DNA from: Minisyncoccota bacterium
GTDB taxonomy: Bacteria > Patescibacteriota > Minisyncoccia > Phycocordibacterales > UBA5272
Assembly: GCA_031972295.1 (NCBI GenBank)
Contig: DALYEZ010000002.1
Coordinates: 9,596-73,595, forward strand
DNA length: 64,000 bases
Direction of reading: 5' to 3'
Numbering within the stretch: the stretch's first letter is position 1; every line of letters starts with the position of its first letter. This document shows positions 58,301 to 64,000 of this stretch, piece after piece. The position numbers were made by a program, and so were the translations under genes. The notes under the pieces are model-generated. The model worked only from the letters and a program-made list of their open reading frames with translations. It did not search any database and was not told the DNA's origin.

Positions 58301-59083
58301 TTCATCGGACAAATATTTGATGATGAAAGTGGTTTAAGTTATCTGAATGCACGGTATTACGATGGGAATCGAGGACGGTTTATTAGTCAGGATCCATTGC
58401 ATTGGGACATGTCCCAGGAGTATCTCGTAGATCCGCAGCAGATGAATAGTTACAGCTATGGAAGAGGTAATCCACTCAAATATATTGACCCTAATGGAAA
58501 GAAAGTAGAGTTAGTTGTTCGTCCCGTATTCACAAAATATGATGGGCATCTTTTCTACCATATTACCCCTGAGAATCCCGATCAAATTAATGTAAATGGA
58601 GTTCCTGCTGGAACTAAAGAATTTAGTATAGGGGGTTACAATAGGGGGGGATTTCTTGGTATTGGCAATAAATTAACACCTGAGATTGGTTACGAGGGAG
58701 GACAAGCTTCAAACACAGATCTACCTTATCTTCTTGGTCAGAAAGAAGCAACAGCAAGAATTACCATCATGTCTCCAGAAGGGCAATCTGATACTGATTT
58801 TATAAATGCTTTAGGCACATCTGCGAATAATGTTAATAAAGAAAGCTATTTCACTTTCGGTCAAAGATTAAAATTTGGAAACGCAAATTCTAACAATTTT
58901 GCTCATGAAATTGGGTCTCAGGTTGGAGTGGGGGATCAAGTTACAGAATTTAGCAGTCTTATGACAAATAAAATTTATATTCCAGGTGGTGATAGAGGTT
59001 TACCGACAAACTCATTGCGTCAGATGATTAGACAAGGAATTGACCAAACAGGTAAGCAAATCAGTAAATTGTTCAAAAACTAA
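52331..59083 (+). CDS. giant secreted polymorphic toxin: SpvB-like domain + FG-GAP/VCBS-type repeats + RHS/YD repeats + RHS repeat-associated core + variable C-terminal domain
   Basis: Signal peptide. SpvB block NPNLKLTYNSQDVKNDSVFGYGWNVSIPYIERV...DFYSGDGIDFASSVFGELV. Six DxNGDG-type repeats (DFNGDGYTDIL, DLNGDQLPELF, DFNGDGLVDIY, DLNGDGISDII, DINNDGLVDLV, DMDADGIQEIY). More than 15 YD repeats (YTYDxxGN). RHS core ...NARYYDGNRGRFISQDPL...DPNGK, followed by an approximately 195-aa non-repetitive C-terminus. Confidence 0.85.
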   Translation: MSYHQSYRTIQAMFPLRVVVLVVIFSLTFSPLTPLLAQEVSDSTSISVGETSSQVPLPVDTEMATSHESLQAILPEINPDIEQTTDSEVVVDELSKDGTEKETTLQPSAGNSATASLASNSDSGKVIRPNIDQSTGALIYDYPMETPNGFNQQNPNLKLTYNSQDVKNDSVFGYGWNVSIPYIERVNKHGVNDFYSGDGIDFASSVFGELVQKTTTTYVPKSASDIVLISFVNNVWTYIDKEGTTYVYGLTSAGRQDDPSNSAHIYKWMLTSVTDSNGNSISYTYTKDQGQIYPDTVNYGGIYQIAFVKVVRGETIESYKPGFLVATTEIINEIQLKVSGVLKKKYAFTYTQGDNASRSILNSAQISVYDSSNNLAVQPTTTFSYSIRSTPNWNTSSNITFPPGTNLLNGHSIAVDFNGDGYTDILTSFADPNSITTQVAYINNGDGTWATSTAYTPPVIFYYDSGAGLSKGYTTLDLNGDQLPELFRSVMECNGVVCGNSSVIYINTGSGWVSSTDTIPVGLLYLGSPIADMADFNGDGLVDIYSSARNFNGNNFPRKVYLNNGDGTWLDDTAAWTFPYSSGSRSIYTDLNGDGISDIIFDNWYYTGGACNCTTYNPNNRAYIGDGKGAYVASISYISPYSYSSYPAGQPSPGYDWGNRVFDINNDGLVDLVYGTNPSGVGTVRSSTYVNTSNIWSLDIPSLVLPSSILKFSDNGNFTIGNPLDMDADGIQEIYYQTTIFKNQSAKHTDLLSTITMPSGGTVAIAYQSSGKYKDLNGNLLNAQLPFAVQTVRSITTTDPVASVVGTSSYTYSGGVYYYATPSDRKFAGFEKVSESRPDGSVVVNYYHQGNGTNNSNYEYNDSVGKIGYVYRTDIVNSSGTIQARSTTKYNSINTVTGAYYVYPTQTVDEMNGKNTATAYIYDTTTGNLSSSLEYGKVVVTDPLTFTDAGLDIKSTEYTYATDASSTTYKVSSKATYDQVGTKVNETKYYYDMLAFGSLAVGNNTKVSQLKTGSTFIDSVQKTYNSYGHITSSTDARNKTTQLGYDTNNLYIATVTNPLLQVMRYVYEYNTGKPTEVIDQNGFTYRTSYDGLGRVLSETIPDAYGTSVTKTLYTYTDIPNAVSVQKTDYLNDHNGVETYQYFDGLNRLVQERKEAEVAGTFNVRDIRYNNIALVESESLPYVATGAGKTSPTKNAALYTTNTYDPLQRVTAITNSIGVTSNIYNDWKTTVTDPNGKVKKYYKDAYNNLVKVDEVNGSATYSTNYTWNLNNKLTNITDALGNVRNFTYDGLGQRLTAEDLHNPADTSFGTWTYVYDLAGNLTQTHNPENKIVHYTYDDINRVKTENYINETGIEIAYDYDTCPNGVGKLCTVTQSTSKVVFEYTPSGLVSKENREIHKSLFSTSFLYDRQGNVVQSVSPDQDTFYRNYNNAGLLEKIQYGQAGMKSMMRTIVDDLDYSPVGQITYQKNGNSTETVNTYDSSKLYRLTNKITTTLNNSPSGHKRVNALVVGGGGGVSGGTGGGGAGGYQASTTLAVLAQAYPITVGAGGSGFNNGGNSIFSTLTALGGGAASDGFSSGQNGGSGGGGYGQFVPQGNGGAGNVGQGNSGGNGFGMGSATTAGGGGGASTAGTNASSGQGGNGGNGVVNSISGSSVVYAGGGAGRAIIGINGIPGTGGGGAVGSNGIDGLGGGGGGQVAGVDTKGGSGVVIIAYRTDGSDGVLNTSTGGVKTTSGAYTIHTFTGNGIFTVNPPSNGSARIQDISYTYDNNGNITQIVDASDTAGAKTVTYTYDDLNRMLSATATNVASGQSGYTYNYTYDAIGNITNGPVGAYVYNGISASNWANPHAATSIAGTILTYDKSGNMLSDEVLTNTWNYKQQLVQVEKDKNTFEYTYDHEGNRLRVMSDGEDTYYPNKFYSVDVSDKRTKNVFAGDQLVATIETSTSANNIFYNHTDHLGSVNVVTDASGTQTNLLDYFPYGSKRIESGTNVGEREFIGQIFDDESGLSYLNARYYDGNRGRFISQDPLHWDMSQEYLVDPQQMNSYSYGRGNPLKYIDPNGKKVELVVRPVFTKYDGHLFYHITPENPDQINVNGVPAGTKEFSIGGYNRGGFLGIGNKLTPEIGYEGGQASNTDLPYLLGQKEATARITIMSPEGQSDTDFINALGTSANNVNKESYFTFGQRLKFGNANSNNFAHEIGSQVGVGDQVTEFSSLMTNKIYIPGGDRGLPTNSLRQMIRQGIDQTGKQISKLFKN

Positions 59084-59091
59084 AAATAAAT

Positions 59092-59382
59092 ATGAGAAGT
59101 AGTAACTATATTAAGCAGTTTGCAATCATATATGGCTCACTTGTTGTAGCATTAATTCCCTATGCTATTTATAAACTCTTTGAGATGCAAGATTATCCAG
59201 GATCACTAAATGAAACTTTGGAAGGAGCTCTACTGATACTATGTTTTCAAATAATTGAAGCACTAATTTTAGTTGGAATTACAAAATTCGTTGAGGTCAG
59301 TTTTAAGCAGGTCATTTCAATGAAGTATTTATTTTTAATTCCTCTAGTTCTACAATTATTTTTACTGTATCTAGTTATTTAA
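59092..59382 (+). CDS. small membrane protein, candidate cognate immunity protein of the RHS toxin
   Basis: 96 aa with 3 TM helices. Starts 9 nt after the toxin stop. Assigned by position only. Confidence 0.4.
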   Translation: MRSSNYIKQFAIIYGSLVVALIPYAIYKLFEMQDYPGSLNETLEGALLILCFQIIEALILVGITKFVEVSFKQVISMKYLFLIPLVLQLFLLYLVI

Positions 59383-59594
59383 AGTCGGCGCTTTTCTTGA
59401 GTTAAAAACAAGCGGGATCTTTCTCTTTGGAATTAGTTACAAGAAAATTTCTTTCAGAAAATAAGGAATCTCGCCCTACTGGCGCTGTACACCTTTTCTA
59501 TTTTCTCAAAGCAGAGCTTCTCTAAAATAAAGAAAAGGTTTTTCGATTCCCCCACGAAAATGCTCCCAGCATTTTCTCACTCCACAAAAATACA

Positions 59595-59625
59595 AAAAAC
59601 TCTCATCGCGAGAGTTTTTTGTATT
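59595..59625 (-). terminator. terminator for tmRNA (hairpin AAAAAACTCTCATCGCGAGAGTTTTTT)
   Basis: Read on the minus strand: hairpin then U-run immediately 3' of the tmRNA end. Confidence 0.6.
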
Positions 59626-59629
59626 TTTG

Positions 59630-60050
59630 TGGAGATGGGGGGAATCGAACCCCCGTGCATAGAAATCTAGGATGTGTAGGTCTACAATGCGTAGCGGCAT
59701 TCTTGCCTTCTCGAAGGAAGGCTAACAATGAGACGTGGTGAACGACGCAAGAATCGTCTCATCGGTCACTGCGTATTTAAATCTGAAAGTGCAGTGAGGC
59801 TTTCAGATCGAGTGTACGATGTATAATCGTTACCTTTCTACGATACACGAGCGTATAAAGGAACGCTTGGCAGAAGTCTGCAGAGCAGAGTCTTACGCAA
59901 GAGCAAAAGCACGAGCCTCACTTGCGTAAGGTGATGCGATTGCTGTGTAGCTTTTAGCTGCACTACTTTTTTGTATACTGAGTACGAGGAAATATACTTC
60001 TCGGCACTGCGTACACACAAGATAAACCATGTCGATGCCAGGTCATCCCC
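59630..60050 (-). ncRNA. ssrA: tmRNA (SsrA), standard one-piece
   Basis: The minus-strand 5' end GGGGATGACCTGGCATCGACATGG matches the tmRNA consensus GGGGnUGAnnnnGGnUUCGACnnGG. The 3' end ACGGGGGTTCGATTCCCCCCATCTCC-A is a tRNA-like T arm + acceptor with the G3:U pair. It sits immediately downstream of smpB on the same strand. Putative tag frame ends ...EARAFALA-TAA. Confidence 0.8.
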
Positions 60051-60052
60051 AT

Positions 60053-60505
60053 TTATTCTTCAAAGCCTTGGTGAACAATCCGACGCATACGAAGTTTGTC
60101 GTCTTTGGTGCGGAGATCTTCACGCTTGTCAGCTTTTTGTTTTTGTCTACAAAGAGCAAGCTCCACCTTTACGTGGTTCTTTGAATTATACAACGAAAGT
60201 GCGATGAGTGTCAACTGAGTTTGGGATATTTTGCCCACCATTCTGACGATTTCTGATTTCTTTAAGAGAAGTTTTCGTGTGCGATAGGGGTCGTAGTCGC
60301 TCGGAGTATTGGCTTGCTGATAGGGGGGAATGAATGCGCCAACTAAAAAGACTTCACCTCCACGAATAATTGCTTTTGCTGCCTCAAGCGAGCCCTGCCC
60401 ACCTTTGATAGATTTTACTTCATAGCCAAAAAGCTTGATGCCCGCCTCGACGGTTTCCTCAATAAAATACTGGATATGTGCTTTTTTATTTGAAATAAGA
60501 GCCAT
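60053..60505 (-). CDS. smpB: SsrA-binding protein SmpB
   Basis: YEVKSIKGGQGSL...GEVFLVGAFIPPYQ...RTRKLLLKKSEI...GKISQTQLTLIALSLY...VKVELALCRQKQKADKRED. Confidence 0.9.
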   Translation of the reverse strand: MALISNKKAHIQYFIEETVEAGIKLFGYEVKSIKGGQGSLEAAKAIIRGGEVFLVGAFIPPYQQANTPSDYDPYRTRKLLLKKSEIVRMVGKISQTQLTLIALSLYNSKNHVKVELALCRQKQKADKREDLRTKDDKLRMRRIVHQGFEE

Positions 60506-60514
60506 AAGGTTCCT

Positions 60515-62497
60515 GTGCGTAATCTCGTCTTTTCTGCTATTCTACCATTATTATTCATGAAAAATACTCAAAAAGATAATCGGGTTCCACCACTTTCAAA
60601 GCTACCAAAATTACCAAAAGGTAAAAAGGGCATTTCTTTTGTCAGCACTATTCTTTGGATACTCTTTGGTTTTTTTGTCGTTATTCAGCTCTACTCATTT
60701 TTAAGTGGTCGTACAAAAAACCCTACACAGGAAATCACACTTTCTGAGCTCGCAAGCTCAACCATTGCAGGAATGGTGCAATCAATAACAGTAGAGGAGA
60801 GTGACCTGACCATCGTGCAAATTTCAGGTACGACAACAGTCACAACAACTGCAAAGAAAGAAAAGGACGCTGCGCTTACCGACACACTCCGCAATTATGG
60901 TGTTACCAGTGAAGCATTGGCAAAAGTGAATATTACTATTAAAGAACCATCTGGCGTGTGGGGATTTTTAGGTGGTGCATTTAATATTTTTCTCATTGCG
61001 ATATTGCCGCTTATCATCATTATGTGGTTTTTGTCGCGGCAAGTGAAAGGCGCTGGAATGCAAGCATTTACTTTTGGACAAACAAAAGCACGTATTATTG
61101 AGCCGACGGATGAAAACCAAAGAGTTGTATTTGCTGACATTGCAGGCAACAAAGAAGCTAAACAAGAATTGCAGGAGGTTGTTGATTTTCTCAAAAATCC
61201 AAAAAAGTTTTTAGACATTGGCGCAAAGATTCCTAAAGGTGTGATGTTAACAGGAGCACCAGGAACAGGAAAAACACTCATGGCACGTGCTGTGGCAGGA
61301 GAAGCTCGGGTACCATTCTTCCATCTTTCTGGATCTGAGTTTGTGGAAATGTTTGTCGGTGTTGGTGCAAGCCGAGTGCGAGATTTGTTTGCCTTAGCAA
61401 AAGAAAAGTCTCCAGCAATTATTTTCATTGATGAAATTGACGCAGTGGGGCGAGTGCGTGGAAGTGGAACAGGTGGCGGGAATGATGAACGTGAGCAAAC
61501 ACTCAATCAGATTTTAGTTGAGATGGATGGATTTGAGCCATCAGAAAAAGTGATTGTAATCGCAGCGACCAACAGACCAGATGTGCTCGACCCAGCTCTT
61601 CTTCGTCCGGGCAGATTTGATAGGCGAGTGACCATTGATCTTCCTGACCGTGCTGATCGATTAGCAATTCTTCAAGTACACGCACGTAAAAAACCGTTTG
61701 CAGAAGATGTAAACCTGAGCGTAATTGCAGAGCGAACTCCAGGATTCTCTGGTGCTGATTTGGCATCACTTATGAATGAGGCAGCTATTTTAGCTGCACG
61801 CGAAGATCGAAAAACAATCGGACAATTTGATGTGGTGCGATCAATCGAGAAGGTGATGCTTGGACCTGAGCGAAAGAGTCATGTGTTATCTGTTGAAGAA
61901 AAAAAGAAAACCGCATACCATGAGGCGGGACATGCACTCCTTGCGTCTGTTTTAGAATATGCCGATCCGGTACACAAGGTTTCAATCATTGCTCGTGGCT
62001 CTGCAGGTGGGTACACACTCAAACTTCCTATTGAAGAAAAGCGTTTGCCGACTAAGAAAGAGTTTCTCGATGATATCGTAGTTGCCCTCGGTGGGTATGT
62101 GGCAGAAGAAATGATCTACGGGGATATTTCAACCGGGCCTTCAAATGATCTTCAGGTTTCAACAGCGCTTGCACGAGACATGGTTACGAAATATGGAATG
62201 TCTGAAAAGTTTGGACCAGTTGCACTCGAAGGTGCGGGGGGACGTGCAACCTATGGACGCGGAATAAATGATAGAGAGTATTCTGAGAAAGTGGGAAGCG
62301 AGATAGATTCTGAAGTTGGACGAATTATGAATGAGGCAAAGAAAAGGGCATTCGATGCAATCACGCAGCATAAGAAACTCCTTGAAGATATTACAAAGAC
62401 GCTTACTGAAAAGGAGACACTCGAACAAGATGAGTTTAATGAAATTTTGATTCGCAACGGTATCGCACCTAAAAAGAAGAAAGAAGATATCCTCTAG
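60515..62497 (+). CDS. ftsH: ATP-dependent zinc metalloprotease FtsH
   Basis: Two N-terminal TM helices, AAA Walker [13 protein letters not shown], and the HEAGHAL zinc motif. Confidence 0.95.
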   Translation: MRNLVFSAILPLLFMKNTQKDNRVPPLSKLPKLPKGKKGISFVSTILWILFGFFVVIQLYSFLSGRTKNPTQEITLSELASSTIAGMVQSITVEESDLTIVQISGTTTVTTTAKKEKDAALTDTLRNYGVTSEALAKVNITIKEPSGVWGFLGGAFNIFLIAILPLIIIMWFLSRQVKGAGMQAFTFGQTKARIIEPTDENQRVVFADIAGNKEAKQELQEVVDFLKNPKKFLDIGAKIPKGVMLTGAPGTGKTLMARAVAGEARVPFFHLSGSEFVEMFVGVGASRVRDLFALAKEKSPAIIFIDEIDAVGRVRGSGTGGGNDEREQTLNQILVEMDGFEPSEKVIVIAATNRPDVLDPALLRPGRFDRRVTIDLPDRADRLAILQVHARKKPFAEDVNLSVIAERTPGFSGADLASLMNEAAILAAREDRKTIGQFDVVRSIEKVMLGPERKSHVLSVEEKKKTAYHEAGHALLASVLEYADPVHKVSIIARGSAGGYTLKLPIEEKRLPTKKEFLDDIVVALGGYVAEEMIYGDISTGPSNDLQVSTALARDMVTKYGMSEKFGPVALEGAGGRATYGRGINDREYSEKVGSEIDSEVGRIMNEAKKRAFDAITQHKKLLEDITKTLTEKETLEQDEFNEILIRNGIAPKKKKEDIL

Positions 62498-62503
62498 TTT
62501 AAA

Positions 62504-62536
62504 ATAAAAGCACCCCGAGAGGGTGCTTTTATTTTA
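62504..62536. terminator. bidirectional terminator between ftsH (+) and pyrH (-)
   Basis: AAAAGCACCCCGAGAGGGTGCTTTT + TATTTT. Confidence 0.65.
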
Positions 62537-63232
62537 GAGTGTATTTGGATAAATCACTGTCCCTACAAATGGTTGCTCATCAATGTATGCGCGAATGTTT
62601 TCTAAATCGTTTCCGTTTAAAATAGCAACTTCCATTCCTATTTTCTCACACTCTTTCGCAGCAACGGGGTCAAATGGGGAAGAAAGCCCTGGGTCCCATT
62701 CAGAGGGAATCAGTTTTCGAAATTCTTTCCATTCAATTTTTTCTATCTTTTTTGCTTCAGGATTTTTGCGTGGGTCGTCTGTGTAAACGTAATCAATATT
62801 TGAAAGATTGATAAGTTTTGGAATAGAAAGATTTTTTGCAATGAGCACCGCATCATAGTCGGTACTACATCCTGGCCGCCAGCCGGCACCAATGAGCACC
62901 GACTCTTTCCAGTCAATATCGTCATGTGGACTGGTCACAATTCGTGGGTGTGCCTCGTGTACAAAAACAGATCGCAAAAGGTGTGCATTTAAACGAGTGC
63001 TATGGATTCCGAGCCAGTCCATATCGTCTTTGGTAAGTGGTGTGATTTCATTTGCGGCATTTTGATACTTGCGCGCCGTTTTTCCACCGCCTGCAATCAA
63101 TACAAAACGAAATCCTCGACTAACGTAGTCGAGGATCAAGGTTTTGAATTGAGTGAGAAAAACGGTATCGATATCGTTCGGAACGATCATGGAGCCTCCG
63201 ACAGAAATAATGATTGTTTTTTCTTGTGGCAT
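62534..63232 (-). CDS. pyrH: UMP kinase (amino-acid kinase family)
   Basis: IIISVGGSMI, LIAGGGKTARKY, GAGWRPGCSTDYDA patterns of uridylate kinase. Confidence 0.8.
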   Translation of the reverse strand: MPQEKTIIISVGGSMIVPNDIDTVFLTQFKTLILDYVSRGFRFVLIAGGGKTARKYQNAANEITPLTKDDMDWLGIHSTRLNAHLLRSVFVHEAHPRIVTSPHDDIDWKESVLIGAGWRPGCSTDYDAVLIAKNLSIPKLINLSNIDYVYTDDPRKNPEAKKIEKIEWKEFRKLIPSEWDPGLSSPFDPVAAKECEKIGMEVAILNGNDLENIRAYIDEQPFVGTVIYPNTL

Positions 63233-63394
63233 GTCCTTAGTATACGGAGTGAGGAGGATTTATGCTACGTAGTCAGATCATATTTTTATGGTGTGATACC
63301 CCTGAAAACTGGGCATTTCTAGGGGTAGTGCTTAGTCAAAAATAGCTAGATATTGTAAGGGTGCTAGCCAGACTATTGTCCACAAGGAAAGCTC

Positions 63395-63422
63395 TTGACT
63401 TATCTTTATCTTCGAGTATACT
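63395..63422 (+). promoter_or_regulatory. candidate rRNA operon promoter TTGACT-N16-TATACT
   Basis: Near-consensus hexamers about 185 nt upstream of the 16S 5' end. Confidence 0.4.
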
Positions 63423-63605
63423 GCCTTTACTCCTTAGGTGGAGCTTTTCATTTGGAAACAAAAGAGAAGCGCCATTTTGAGTCGAGTGCGTTGTTTGACA
63501 AATACATATCAAAAACAAGAAATGTAATATACGTTCTTTAAACCCGAACGTAGTATTACAAAAACAAAAAGTATATTTTATTTTTTGCCTCGATTTATTT
63601 CAAAA

Positions 63606-64000
<395 letters not shown>

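Overview
Overview. This is a gene-dense, roughly 40% GC stretch of a small-genome bacterium, almost certainly from the Candidate Phyla Radiation (CPR). Three things support that: the 16S 5' end at 63606 has the variant 341-region (CCTACGGGTGGCTGCAGTCGAGAATCTTCCGC), rpsE runs straight into rplO with no L30 gene, and there are several CPR-style protein extensions. The backbone is housekeeping. It carries a polA 3' end, mutM, ruvA, gmk, rpsT, a NUDIX hydrolase, ruvX, uppS, an RluA-family synthase, rplS, uppP, secD/secF, fusA, and a truncated spc-type ribosomal cluster (rpsZ-rpsH-rplF-rplR-rpsE-rplO-secY-adk-map). After that come rpsL-rpsG, efp, recA, ftsK, the smpB + tmRNA pair, ftsH, pyrH, and the start of an rRNA operon. 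There are nine tRNAs (Lys-UUU, Arg-GCG, Ser-UGA, Arg-UCU, Val-UAC, Leu-GAG, His-GUG, Ile-UAU) and one tmRNA (Ile-UAU and Arg-GCG are the unusual anticodons).

Accessory and unusual content:
- A 2250-aa SpvB/FG-GAP/RHS polymorphic toxin with a C-terminal variable domain, an internal Gly-rich insert, and a downstream candidate immunity gene.
- An 1103-aa secreted surface protein with a peptidoglycan-binding domain.
- Two isolated cassettes at 26.2-27.0 kb and 30.4-31.1 kb that look like promoter - leader hairpin - GC-anomalous orphan ORF - terminator. The upstream block is homologous between the two copies, and the hairpin stem differs in sequence but stays paired (covaries).
- tRNA-associated repeat elements, including a 19-20 nt duplication of the tRNA-His 3' end and a roughly 450-nt structured non-coding region after tRNA-Arg(UCU).
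- A promoter-to-terminator unit of about 260 nt that looks like an unidentified ncRNA, upstream of rpsZ.
- A GIY-YIG/SpoU fusion protein.
- An RGG-rich zinc-ribbon protein and an RGG-extended S5.

No CRISPR array, integrase or transposase gene was seen.
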